The notes below the pieces were generated by a model. That model saw only the letters and a list, made by a program, of their open reading frames with translations. It was not told the origin of the DNA and made no database searches. A stretch of 64,000 nucleotides of DNA, taken from positions 1 through 64,000 of the forward strand of contig JAZDCY010000028.1 of NCBI GenBank assembly GCA_036679645.1. Direction: 5' to 3'. Both the position numbers and the translations under genes were made by a program. This stretch comes from Gemmatimonadota bacterium (GTDB lineage: Bacteria > Gemmatimonadota > Gemmatimonadetes > Gemmatimonadales > GWC2-71-9). Positions 10,801 through 19,713 of the stretch are shown piece after piece. Every line of letters begins with the position of its first letter. Position 1 is the first letter of the stretch.

Positions 10801-11080
10801 GGAGTTGTGGATGTTGGCGCAAGGTGGAATGACGCCGCTCGAAGCCCTGCACACGGCCACCCTGTCCGGTGCCGAGTACCTCGGCATGGCCCAGGATATC
10901 GGGTCGATCGAGCCCGGGAAGCTTGCCGATCTGATCGTGTTGGACGGGAACCCGTTGGACGACATCCGCGAGACCGAGCACGTCGCCATGGTCATGGTCA
11001 ATGGCGTGCTGTACGACGCGGACCTGAACCAGACGTGGCCGAGGGATGTGCCCATGCCTCGCTTGAGATGGCAGCGGTAG
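7847..11080 (+). CDS. secreted amidohydrolase with N-terminal TolB/PD40 beta-propellers
   Basis: Signal peptide; repeated SPDG motifs; MPGIVDVHAH, GAHGQ and GSIEPGKLADL amidohydrolase motifs. Confidence 0.88.
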   Translation: MVKRSLMLVLSLLPLGPLAAQEADSVWDINVPHGPADTVRFETDEGTWMDLDVSPDGRWIVFDLLGDIYRLPIAGGEAELISGGRAFEHLPRFSPDGGTIVFVSDRSGKDNLWLMHADGTNRRQLTRLDDDFPTNPMWMPDGQYIVAKRHVRSTRSLGGGELWLFHINGGDGVKLKDHESFTSELNEPYPSADGRYVYYTAASPFDYNRNVHAGIFQISRVDRRSGEVQPVTRHAGGAIRPTVSPNGRSLAFIRRIGLQSVLIVRDLATGTERSVFDSLDRDQQETWVVHGAYPTFAWTRDGQRIVITFGGRLHSIAVADGSVENIPFTAQVEQVVEQALRFQRRIPDDTMHVRMIRWPMLSADGSTLIFQAVGALWRIGPSGTPERIVEGTAFEYAPSLSADGRWITFVSWDDSIGGHVWKVENRSGPRRAEQLTTTPNQYANPVFSPDGQEIAFVQGSGAVNRGADLSAELFLTINIMSADGGPVRKVLLTNNRGPNRRMPRVWWSADGRHLFVQESRDGNTVLSSVRTDGTDLRVLATNERAEEMVPSPDGRWIAFKELHNVYVAPLPWTGQPIELEAAGKGVNVVQLSRYGGDWLAWRPDSRSLTWSLGSVFYHQTLAAAYDSATTEDDAAADDPQNADWVEANARVPATITQIDFTIPRSRPRGSLVLRGARVITMNGDEVIEQADVVIDGNRIARICPGTCPNVPTLARVVPVPGKTIMPGIVDVHAHMGYATLDIQPQTLWQYYANLAYGVTTTHDPSASTQAVFAQAELVNAGRIAGPRVYSTGFILYGAENANKAVINSLDDARAHVRRLKAVGAFSVKSYNQMRRDVRQWIIAAAREEHMLVVPEGGSMLQQNLTMILDGHTGLEHAIPVAPLYKDVVTLLAGSQTGYTPTLIVGYGGVWGENYWYQESDVFRNERLSRFVPRTVLDARARRRMLVPEEEFYHFELARTAHDIAEAGGHVQLGAHGQLQGLGAHWELWMLAQGGMTPLEALHTATLSGAEYLGMAQDIGSIEPGKLADLIVLDGNPLDDIRETEHVAMVMVNGVLYDADLNQTWPRDVPMPRLRWQR

Positions 11081-11084
11081 CAAA

Positions 11085-11133
11085 CGATCGGCAATTAGCG
11101 AATAGGGATCGGCGATTAGCAATTGAAAATCGG
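11085..11133 (+). repeat. 7 x degenerate 7-bp tandem repeat
   Basis: cgatcgg caattag cgaatag ggatcgg cgattag caattga aaatcgg just after the stop codon. Confidence 0.75.
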
Positions 11134-11219
11134 TCCGGCAACGATATGCTTCGAACCTGATCGCGCGATCTCAGCCATGCCGGTTGACGCCGGCCCTGAG
11201 GGTTGACCACCTTCCGGCC

Positions 11220-11594
11220 ATGCGTGGTTTCATCCTGCGGCTCTTCATTACTGCGTTCGGCCTGTGGGTCGCGGACCAGCTCCTTGTCGGTATTCGGTTC
11301 GATTCCAGCGGCTCGTTGTTCCTCGCGGCCATCCTGTTGGGGCTCGTCAACGCGATCGTCCGGCCGGTGATCTTGATCCTGACACTCCCGGCGACCCTAC
11401 TGACACTCGGCCTTTTCATCTTCGTCATCAACGGCGCCATGCTGCTCCTCGTGGCGCGCCTCATGTCGAGCTTCCACATCGAGGGCCTCTCCACGGCCAT
11501 ACTCGGCTGGGCGATCGTGGCCGTCACGAGCTGGGTGGCGAACGGGTTTGTCGGGGACAAGCGGAAGATCGAGATTCAGCGAATCGAAAGATAG
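11220..11594 (+). CDS. 4-TM membrane protein, YvlD / phage holin family IV
   Basis: LGLVNAIVRPVILILTLPATLLTLGLFIFVINGAML signature. Confidence 0.88.
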   Translation: MRGFILRLFITAFGLWVADQLLVGIRFDSSGSLFLAAILLGLVNAIVRPVILILTLPATLLTLGLFIFVINGAMLLLVARLMSSFHIEGLSTAILGWAIVAVTSWVANGFVGDKRKIEIQRIER

Positions 11595-11601
11595 ATGCAG
11601 A

Positions 11602-11687
11602 CGATTAGAGATTATAGAATAGAGATTGGAGATTGGCGATTGCACCAAATCTCCAATCTCCAATCTCCAATCTCTAATCTCTAATCT
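11602..11687. repeat. inverted heptamer arrays forming a long hairpin between convergent genes
   Basis: Six AGATTRG-type units (11602-11643) then six complementary CYAATCT units (11646-11687). Confidence 0.9.
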
Positions 11688-14089
11688 CCGCCTCCACTCG
11701 CTGCATCGTGCGCTTTGACGTACCGATCGAACCACTCGATCATACGAGCGATGACGTCGCCCACGCTCTCGCGCGACGCGTATCCGTGCGACTCGAACGG
11801 CAGCTGCACGTACTCCACCGTGGCACCCAGCCCCTTTAGTGCGTGATACATCCGCTGAGACTGCACCGGGAAGGTGCCCGAGTTATTGTCGTTCATGCCG
11901 TGGATTAGCAAGATCGGCTCGTTGATCTTGTCAGCATGGGCAAACGGCATCATCCGGAGATACACCTCCGGCGCCTCCCAGAACGTGCGGCGTTCGGCCT
12001 GGAACCCGAACGGCGTGAGGGACCGATTGTAGGCACCACTGCGCGCAATTCCCGCACGGAAGAGATCGGAATGCGCCAGCAGGTTCGCCGTGGCGAAGGC
12101 GCCATAGGAGTGACCCGCCACCCCGAAATTGCCGTCGGCGATACCCCGTTCCATGAGGTAATCGATCGCCGCTTGGGCGCCGGCCACCGTCTGCTCGACG
12201 TACGTGTTGTTGGCTGTGTCGCCGCCGACCACCGGGAGGGTCGGGTTGTCGAAAACCGCGTATCCCTGGGTGAGCAGGAAGAGACGTGAGGCGCCAGTCG
12301 GCAGCACAAACCGATTTGCACTCCCGCGAACTTGGCTCGCGGCCGCGGCTGAGGCAAACTCGCGTGGATAGATCCAGAATATCACGGGCACGGGCTGGCC
12401 CTCGACGTAGTCCGTGGGATAGTACAGCGTCCCGGACAGACCGACCCCGTCCGCGCGTTCGTACGTCAACAACTCCCGCCGCAACTGGGCGAGCGCGGGC
12501 GCCGGGCTCTCAGTGTGCGTGATCGCGGCCGTCGCCGCGGCACGACGCATGTCGCGGAGTAGATAGTTCGGCGGCGACGTACGGCTCTCCTGCCGCGTCA
12601 CGACCGTGCTGGCCCGATCGTCCAGCACGGCAACCACCGACTCATATACGTCGTCCCCCGCCTGCCACAGGCGCTCGGCCTTGCGATCGTTCAGGTGATA
12701 CCGATCGAGAAAAGGTCGATCGCCCTCGGGCGACGCACCGGCGCCGCGTAGGTAGATCCAATCCCCATTGCGACTCTGCAGCAGCACCCGGTGTCCGCTC
12801 GCGTTGCGTGTGAAGACGGGAGATCCGGGATCGCTGTAGCGATCCTCGGTCGATCGATCGACGATGATGCGCCAGCCAGCAGACGGGTCATCGGCATCGA
12901 TCTTCCAGGTACGTAGCTGGCGCGAGCGGCGCTCGAATTCGCTCACCAGCGCTACGCCGTCTCGTCCCCAACTGATGCCTCCATAGCGCAGCTCCAGTCG
13001 GCCCAACTCGAGGGGGGCCGTGAAAGGAGCGGCAAGCGCGACGACGCGATCGCGTTCGCGTGCCGGCCGCCGAGTGTCTCCACCGTCGAGCGCCTCGACG
13101 AACACGATCGTGGCGGGCTGATCTGGCCGCCAGGAGAAGCTCCGTGGCCCTGTTCGCACGCCCCCGATGGGGACGCCTTCGGTGAGCGGAATGCTGGCGA
13201 TCGTCACGACACGGACACCATCCAGATTCCACAACTCAATGTCCTGGGGAAACCGCGAAAAAGGAACCTGGTAGGAAAACGGCCCCTCGACTCGTGTCAC
13301 CATCACGAGATCGCCCCCCGGCGACGGGGCAACCCGCGACAAAATTGCGGGCTCACCTAGCGGAGTGCTGTTCCCGGTCGCCGCTTCTACGAGCACGAGC
13401 TGGCTGGTCGCGTAGTAGGTGAAGAGCGCCTCGTCGTGCGGTGTGGTCAGGAGGTCCTGGTACGTGCGCACCGGCGCAGCCCCACCCACGTTGCGCTGGA
13501 CGATTGGTCCTACGGGAACCGGCGACGCTTCGGGAACCGGCTCACGCGGTGGGACGACCCGGCACAGCAGGCGCGCGCTGTCCGGGAGCCACGCGCAGGG
13601 ACTGCCGAAGACACCGTTCAAGCCTGCGAGCACCGATTGGGCGGCCCCCGTCGCCGCATCGGCGATCCACAATGCCAGACCATCATCCCCCTCCTGCACG
13701 AAGGCGACGTGGGCGTTGTCCGGGGCCCAACTGATCGATGAGATCTTCGCGTGCTCCGGCACTTCCACGGCACGCTCCGCTCCCGACGCGACGTCCCGGA
13801 CCGTGAGCGCCCTGTACCCGAACACCGAGAAGCGGGACGTCGTATGGGGATTGATGCGCACGCCCGCGAGCCGCAGCATGGGCTGCGCAAGATCGACAAT
13901 CGACGGCATTGCGGTTCGCTCGGCCAGCAACAGCCGCGCGCCGTCCGACGAGGCTATCAACAGGGGAAGACGAGGGGCATCGAGGATCCGCTCAACGATT
14001 GGCGGTGGCGTCTTGTAGGGCGCCTGGGACGATGCCGCATGGAAGGGAACGAGGAAAACGGCGAGAAGCACGAGACGAACGCGAACCAT
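11681..14089 (-). CDS. S9 family prolyl oligopeptidase-like serine peptidase, secreted
   Basis: Signal peptide, propeller region, GHSYG nucleophile motif, HGMNDNN and ESHGY. Confidence 0.9.
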   Translation of the reverse strand: MVRVRLVLLAVFLVPFHAASSQAPYKTPPPIVERILDAPRLPLLIASSDGARLLLAERTAMPSIVDLAQPMLRLAGVRINPHTTSRFSVFGYRALTVRDVASGAERAVEVPEHAKISSISWAPDNAHVAFVQEGDDGLALWIADAATGAAQSVLAGLNGVFGSPCAWLPDSARLLCRVVPPREPVPEASPVPVGPIVQRNVGGAAPVRTYQDLLTTPHDEALFTYYATSQLVLVEAATGNSTPLGEPAILSRVAPSPGGDLVMVTRVEGPFSYQVPFSRFPQDIELWNLDGVRVVTIASIPLTEGVPIGGVRTGPRSFSWRPDQPATIVFVEALDGGDTRRPARERDRVVALAAPFTAPLELGRLELRYGGISWGRDGVALVSEFERRSRQLRTWKIDADDPSAGWRIIVDRSTEDRYSDPGSPVFTRNASGHRVLLQSRNGDWIYLRGAGASPEGDRPFLDRYHLNDRKAERLWQAGDDVYESVVAVLDDRASTVVTRQESRTSPPNYLLRDMRRAAATAAITHTESPAPALAQLRRELLTYERADGVGLSGTLYYPTDYVEGQPVPVIFWIYPREFASAAAASQVRGSANRFVLPTGASRLFLLTQGYAVFDNPTLPVVGGDTANNTYVEQTVAGAQAAIDYLMERGIADGNFGVAGHSYGAFATANLLAHSDLFRAGIARSGAYNRSLTPFGFQAERRTFWEAPEVYLRMMPFAHADKINEPILLIHGMNDNNSGTFPVQSQRMYHALKGLGATVEYVQLPFESHGYASRESVGDVIARMIEWFDRYVKAHDAASGGGD

Positions 14090-14189
14090 GAATCGCTCCG
14101 GGACGAGGCCGTGGTGTTTTCGTAAGCTACGGTCTCGTGACACCAGCGGCTACAGCGACACCTTCAGGGCGTGTTGTCCGGCAATCTCT

Positions 14190-15065
14190 CTACTTCGCGG
14201 CGCGGCGTAGTGTCGCCTTGACGCGGGCTACGAACCGCGGTGGATCGATCGGTTTTCGAATGTAATCGTCCGCACCGAGATTGATCAGCTCAATCTCGGA
14301 ATCGTCTGGTTCCGAGCCGGTGAGCACGATGACCGGCAACGACGACACCTCCGGCATTTCCCGCACCGCTTTCAAAACACCGCGCCCGTCGAGCACCGGC
14401 ATGTCCAGATCAATGACGATCAGGTCGTAGCGACCGTTCCGCATCAGTTCTGCGAGACCCTGCTCCCCGTTCTCGGCCTCCGAAACAATGAACCCGCTTG
14501 CCTCGAGGAGCGTCCGGGCCAATCCCCGGTTCACGGCATCATCGTCCATCACGAGGATCCGCTCCGGACCGGCATCTCCGCCAGGCTCGGTCATCTCGTC
14601 GCCAGGAAGTGTACCGAGCAATTGCTCGATGGAATCGGCGGCGCCGTAGCGCCTGTCCAGCGCGTCATGGATGGCCCGGGGCGGGGCAACCTCGAAAACG
14701 GGCAGGCGCGAGGAGGCAAGGCCAATCTCCTGCCCGATGGCGATATCGGTCGGGTCGCTAGTCGCGACGACGATCTCCCGGTCGGACTGCCTCAGCGGAA
14801 GGACGTTGTGTTTGCGGACCAGGGACTCCTCGATGAGCTTCGTCACCACGGGATCGCCGATTTCGAGGTTGGCCACCTTCAGGCGGAAGAAGGCCGCCAC
14901 CTCAACCACCAGCGCCTCGCCGGACACGCCACAATGCCGTGCGACCGCATCCCATGCCTGTACAGGAGGTATCTGGGGAACGATCTCGAGCTCGTCTGCC
15001 CCATCGAGCCCGGCGCGCCGGGCTACTTGAACCAGCCAATGGACCGCCACCGCCGAGGCCGTCAT
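14190..15065 (-). CDS. response regulator: GspE/PilB N-terminal-like domain fused to REC
   Basis: LVRKHNVLPL..IVVATSDP (T2SSE N-domain-like); REC with MDDD, IDLDMP and YIRKP; ATGA-coupled to the kinase. Confidence 0.8.
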   Translation of the reverse strand: MTASAVAVHWLVQVARRAGLDGADELEIVPQIPPVQAWDAVARHCGVSGEALVVEVAAFFRLKVANLEIGDPVVTKLIEESLVRKHNVLPLRQSDREIVVATSDPTDIAIGQEIGLASSRLPVFEVAPPRAIHDALDRRYGAADSIEQLLGTLPGDEMTEPGGDAGPERILVMDDDAVNRGLARTLLEASGFIVSEAENGEQGLAELMRNGRYDLIVIDLDMPVLDGRGVLKAVREMPEVSSLPVIVLTGSEPDDSEIELINLGADDYIRKPIDPPRFVARVKATLRRAAK

Positions 15066-18000
15066 GCCGCTTCCTCCGCTCCACCCGGGAGCTCTTGCAG
15101 GTACTTCATTGCACGTTTGTGGGCCTTCGTGATCTCGGGCACCAGGGCACGCGCCCGGGCGACGTTCCCCGCAGCGGCTTCCGATTCCGCTTCTTGCAGC
15201 AGCTCGGCGAGTCGGTACGCCCGGATCGTGCGACACGCAGACTTGTAAGCGTGGGCCGCATCCCTGATAGCCTTAGGATCGTCCTGTTTAGCAACCTTCT
15301 TGAGCGTTCCTAGCCGGCTAGGCGCATCGCCCATGAAGACCCCCAGCATCTGATTGACGGCCGATTCAACCCCGGCTGCGCGCATCTCCTCGCGGAACGA
15401 CGCGACGTCCACCGGTGTGGCGCTTTCCGCCCGCTCGCCGGATGTGGCGCCGTCTGGACGGCCGGTGGCTTGGCCGGTCCGCTCGACCGCGGCGAACAGA
15501 TCGTCGGACTTGAAGGGTTTCGTGAGATAGTCGTCCATCCCCTGCGCGAGGTAGCGTTCCCGATCTCCGGCCGTGGCATGCGCGGTGAGTGCCACGACGG
15601 GAATCCGGTCCCCGCCCGGCAACGCGCGGATCTCGGCCGTCGCCGCTACCCCGTCGAGTTCCGGCATCTGGATATCCATGAGGATCACGTCGAAACGGCC
15701 GCCCTTGCGAACGGCGTCCACTGCGGCACGACCGTTATCGACGATCGTGACCCCATGGCCCCGCTTGCGCAGCAGCAGGGCTGCAACTTCCTGGTTCACC
15801 GGATTGTCTTCCGCCAGGAGAATCGTGACGCGGCGGCGACTCTCCCGAATCGAGTGTCGCGTGATCAGGTTCCCGCGCCGATCAGGGTGCTCGCGATAGT
15901 CGAGCACACGGGCGGCTACATCGAGGAGCTCGCTCCGCTCGAGGGGCTTCACGAGGTACGCATCTACCCCCAGCTCACGACAGCGCTTGCCATCGCCACG
16001 TTGGCCCGATGACGTGCAGATCATCAGTCCTGTGCCTGCAAGTACCTCTTCGGCACGGATTTCCTGAGCTAGCTCGAATCCGTCCTTTCCCGGTAGCTGC
16101 GCATCCAGCAGCACGAGGTCGATAGGAGTCCCGGCCGCGCGCTCACGTAACGTCTCGAGCGCCTGTTTTGCGTCGCTGACCGCCACGACGGTGACGCCGG
16201 CCGCCGAGAGCGTGTGCTCGAACGTCCGCGTGGTCACCGCGCTGTCGTCCACCACAAGCGCGTGCCGGCCCGCGAGCTCGGACAGGACGAGCTCCTCTGG
16301 TTGGTCGTTGGTTGCCTCGACCGGAAGCGACAGATCGAACCAGAATTCACTCCCCTTTCCCACCTCGCTCCGCACGCGAAGATCTCCACCCATGACCGCT
16401 ACGAGACGCTGCGAGATGGCGAGGCCAAGCCCGGTGCCACCGTACTCCCGCGTCGTCGAAAGGTCCGCCTGTTGGAACTCCTCGAAAATGGCATCGAGCT
16501 TGGCGGCTGGAATCCCGATGCCGGTGTCCTGGACGCCGAAGCGGAGCCGTACCTCATGCTCCAGATCCTGAAGCACCTGAATCGACACCACCACCTGCCC
16601 GTTCTCGGTGAACTTTACCCCATTCGAGATGAGGTTCGTGAGCACCTGCCGTAACCGCCCCGCGTCGCCACGCACGCGTTCCGGCACATCCTGCGCAATA
16701 TCGGTTGAGAGCTCCACGTGCCGTTCGCTGGCGCACACAGCGAGCACGCGCGTCGCGTTGACCACCAAACCGGGCAGCTCGAACGGGATGGCCTCCAGTT
16801 CGATTCGGCCTGCCTCGACCTTGGAAAAGTCGAGGACGTCGTTGATCAGCTCCAGCAACGTCACCCCAGAGGTATGGGCCATGTCGGCAAGCCGACGCTG
16901 CTCGTCGTTCAGCTCAGAGTCGAGCAGCAGTTCCGTCATCCCAAGGACCCCGTTCAGAGGAGTACGGATCTCGTGACTCACGTTTGCCAGGAAGGCCGTT
17001 CGCACGCTCGCGGAGTGCTGGGCGGAATCGCGCGCGCGCTCGAGCGCTTCGCGCATTTCGACCCGGGCAGTAACGTCCCGAGCCGTCCCGTGCGCGCCAA
17101 TGATCTCACCCTGCGCGTCGCGCACTGGCCGCGCCGAGAAACTGAGCGTGACGGGGGTACCGTGGACGTCCCGGTGAATCGCCTCGAAGTCCGTTACCTC
17201 ACCACCGTCCATCACCTCGCGAAACCAGGCGTCGGTCTCGGGCAGCGAATGCGGATGGACACGTTCTTTGAGGTCACTGCCGAGGAGATCCTCGGCCTGC
17301 ACCCCGTAGATCGTCTCTACGGCGGCGTTCAGGAAGGTCCACCGCCCCGCTCGATCGATGCGCCAGACCAGGTCGGACGCGGACTCGACGAGTTGGCGGT
17401 ACTGCGCCTCCGTCTCACGTAGCGCCAGTTCCGCCGTCTTCATGGCCGTGATGTCGTCGTAGAGGACGAAGACCCCTCCCTGCTGGATGCCCTCCACCGG
17501 AGCGGCGGCAATCCGGACGAAGAGGCTCCTGCCGTCCGCTGTGAGGCGGCGTCCCTCAGACACCACCGCCTCACCTGCACCCACCCGTTCGATCAACTCC
17601 GTCGCGTCCTCCGCGTCCGGTGGCACGAGGAAATCGTCGAGCCGCCGCCCGACCACATCGGCCGCGGCGTAGCCAAACGTCTTCTCAAACCCGGGGTTGA
17701 CCCCCAGCACCCGCCCATTCCGACTCACCGCCACGATGGCGGTGGGCGCCGACGTTATCAGGGCATCGAGAAATCCCCGCTCGCGGGCCGCTTCTTCCTG
17801 GCTGAACTCGAGCCGCTTTGCCGTACGGGCGGAGTCGACGTAGGCCCGGTGACTGCGGCGGAAGTAGGCGGACATGAGTGCGACGTACAGGGTGACCAGC
17901 ACCAACGCCACGATGTGTTCCCGGCTATCCGCCACGCGAGCCAGCGCGAGGAGCAGCGGGCTCACAAGTGTGCCGACGAATAGGTAGAAACTCCGTGGAT

Positions 18001-18502
18001 CGCCAATGAGCGTCATGGGAGACACCGCGATCATCCCGGCGAACACCACCATGACGAACGCCATGGCGGTCATGGTCAGGTACGGCGCCACGGCCAGCAC
18101 GCCAAGCCCCCACGCTAGTCCCTGGATCGCGACGGCCCCGCGGAGCACGCGCGCGACCTCCTGCGCCGGAGACGAATGCCGCACCGAGAGGGCGAGCTGG
18201 CGCCACCGGTATCCGGCCGCCAGCAGCACTGCAGCCATCCACGCCGCTAGTGCACGCGTGGGAAGGACATCCCAGAAGAGGAACGCGATCATGGCGGCGA
18301 GCGCCACGTGGGACAGGGCGGGCAAGACCCGGTCCGAGACCAACTGCCGGGCAACGTCTCCCCGCAGCTCCCAGTCTACGCGCTCTTCGAGCTGAGCCGT
18401 CCGCAGGCTTTCACCCGGCAGCCATGCCAGCATCGAGGCCCGCCGTGGGCCCTCTTCGATGGGGGTTTCCCGACTCGAACGGCGCCGCGTCCGCCGACTC
18501 AT
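15062..18502 (-). CDS. membrane hybrid sensor histidine kinase (multi-TM, 2 PAS, HisKA, HATPase, 2 REC, Hpt)
   Basis: SHEIRTPLNG, NLISNGVKFT, DTGIG, GGTGLGL, two REC domains, AHAYK Hpt motif. Confidence 0.93.
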   Translation of the reverse strand: MSRRTRRRSSRETPIEEGPRRASMLAWLPGESLRTAQLEERVDWELRGDVARQLVSDRVLPALSHVALAAMIAFLFWDVLPTRALAAWMAAVLLAAGYRWRQLALSVRHSSPAQEVARVLRGAVAIQGLAWGLGVLAVAPYLTMTAMAFVMVVFAGMIAVSPMTLIGDPRSFYLFVGTLVSPLLLALARVADSREHIVALVLVTLYVALMSAYFRRSHRAYVDSARTAKRLEFSQEEAARERGFLDALITSAPTAIVAVSRNGRVLGVNPGFEKTFGYAAADVVGRRLDDFLVPPDAEDATELIERVGAGEAVVSEGRRLTADGRSLFVRIAAAPVEGIQQGGVFVLYDDITAMKTAELALRETEAQYRQLVESASDLVWRIDRAGRWTFLNAAVETIYGVQAEDLLGSDLKERVHPHSLPETDAWFREVMDGGEVTDFEAIHRDVHGTPVTLSFSARPVRDAQGEIIGAHGTARDVTARVEMREALERARDSAQHSASVRTAFLANVSHEIRTPLNGVLGMTELLLDSELNDEQRRLADMAHTSGVTLLELINDVLDFSKVEAGRIELEAIPFELPGLVVNATRVLAVCASERHVELSTDIAQDVPERVRGDAGRLRQVLTNLISNGVKFTENGQVVVSIQVLQDLEHEVRLRFGVQDTGIGIPAAKLDAIFEEFQQADLSTTREYGGTGLGLAISQRLVAVMGGDLRVRSEVGKGSEFWFDLSLPVEATNDQPEELVLSELAGRHALVVDDSAVTTRTFEHTLSAAGVTVVAVSDAKQALETLRERAAGTPIDLVLLDAQLPGKDGFELAQEIRAEEVLAGTGLMICTSSGQRGDGKRCRELGVDAYLVKPLERSELLDVAARVLDYREHPDRRGNLITRHSIRESRRRVTILLAEDNPVNQEVAALLLRKRGHGVTIVDNGRAAVDAVRKGGRFDVILMDIQMPELDGVAATAEIRALPGGDRIPVVALTAHATAGDRERYLAQGMDDYLTKPFKSDDLFAAVERTGQATGRPDGATSGERAESATPVDVASFREEMRAAGVESAVNQMLGVFMGDAPSRLGTLKKVAKQDDPKAIRDAAHAYKSACRTIRAYRLAELLQEAESEAAAGNVARARALVPEITKAHKRAMKYLQELPGGAEEAA

Positions 18503-18657
18503 CTCACGCTGCCACAGTGAGCGGGCGCCCGTCCAAAGGTGCCTCGGTGACCTCCGTCACCTCGAACACGCTTCAGACACCACCGCGAGGCTCCGTAAAT
18601 TGGAGGTACGCGATGGCACTCATGTGCCATGCATCCCCGACACACGTGGAGGAACGC

Positions 18658-19713
18658 ATGTTTCGCAAGAGTACGTTCACAATCCTCGCCGTTCTGTCCG
18701 CCGTCGCCTGCGGTGATACCAACGGGCCGGCGGGCGATTTCGACGCCGTGCAGACCCAAGAAACGGCCGACTCGGTCATCACCTCTGTTGACGGCAACGT
18801 CGCGCTGCAGAGCATGGCGGTGCTGGCACAGGCCTTTGCGCTGACCGCCGGCCAGCAGGCCGCGGTGCAGGCGGCTCTCGTGGCTCTCCCGACCGAAAAC
18901 GCCGGCCGGCCACGGTCCGCCCCCGAACGCGTGCAGGCCTTCGGTGCCGCCGCAATCGCCTTCAGCACGGCCGCGCCCGCCGACCTGTTCCCGCCGTCGG
19001 TGCAGGGCAACACCTACCGACTCAATCCGCAAACACTCCAGTACGAAGTGGATCCGACCGCGACCGGCGCGCCCGCGACCGGCGTGCGCTTCATCTTGTA
19101 CGCGGTCGATCCCATCTTGGAAAGGGTCATCACGCCACTGGTGGAAATCGGCTGGGTGGACCTGATCGACGAGTCGACCGCAACCTCGAACAGCCTGCAT
19201 ATCATCGCCGTCGTGGGTGAGGTGACGGCGCTCGACTACATCGCGACGGCCCAGTTGGGCGGCGGTGGCGCCACCTTCACGGTCGACGGCACGATCTCCA
19301 ATGGTTCGGAATCGGTCGATTTCGATCTGACGTTCGGGGCGTCGGCGAGCGGCGTGACGATCGACTACTTGATCTCGGTGCAGGGCCGCAACCAGTCGAT
19401 CCATCTCGTCGCGGTCGGCTCCGCTGACGAATCCGACCTGACGATCACACTGACCGTCGTGAACGGGGCGGATATGGCTCAACTCACGGCGACCATTGCC
19501 GCCGGTCAGATCGAAGGCAGCATCACGCACAACGGGACGGTCGTGGTTACTTTTTCCGGCAGTGAGGAGAACCCGACCTTCACGGGCGCGGACGGCGGGG
19601 AGCTCACCGAGGGTGAGATCCGGGCCCTGCACGCCCTCAGCCAACTCATCGACGAAATGTTCGATTCGCTCGAGGACTTGCTCGAGCCGGCCGAGTTCGT
19701 TTTCGGCGTCTAA
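18658..19713 (+). CDS. hypothetical lipoprotein, beta-rich
   Basis: GGAGG RBS; MFRKSTFTILAVLSAVA-C lipoprotein signal; no family recognised. Confidence 0.8.
   Translation: MFRKSTFTILAVLSAVACGDTNGPAGDFDAVQTQETADSVITSVDGNVALQSMAVLAQAFALTAGQQAAVQAALVALPTENAGRPRSAPERVQAFGAAAIAFSTAAPADLFPPSVQGNTYRLNPQTLQYEVDPTATGAPATGVRFILYAVDPILERVITPLVEIGWVDLIDESTATSNSLHIIAVVGEVTALDYIATAQLGGGGATFTVDGTISNGSESVDFDLTFGASASGVTIDYLISVQGRNQSIHLVAVGSADESDLTITLTVVNGADMAQLTATIAAGQIEGSITHNGTVVVTFSGSEENPTFTGADGGELTEGEIRALHALSQLIDEMFDSLEDLLEPAEFVFGV

Noticed and set aside
11220..11594. Prophage inferred from the holin-family gene
   Set aside because: YvlD-type membrane proteins are commonly chromosomal; no other phage genes are nearby
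11085..11690. CRISPR array
   Set aside because: Units are 7 bp with no unique spacers, and there are no cas genes
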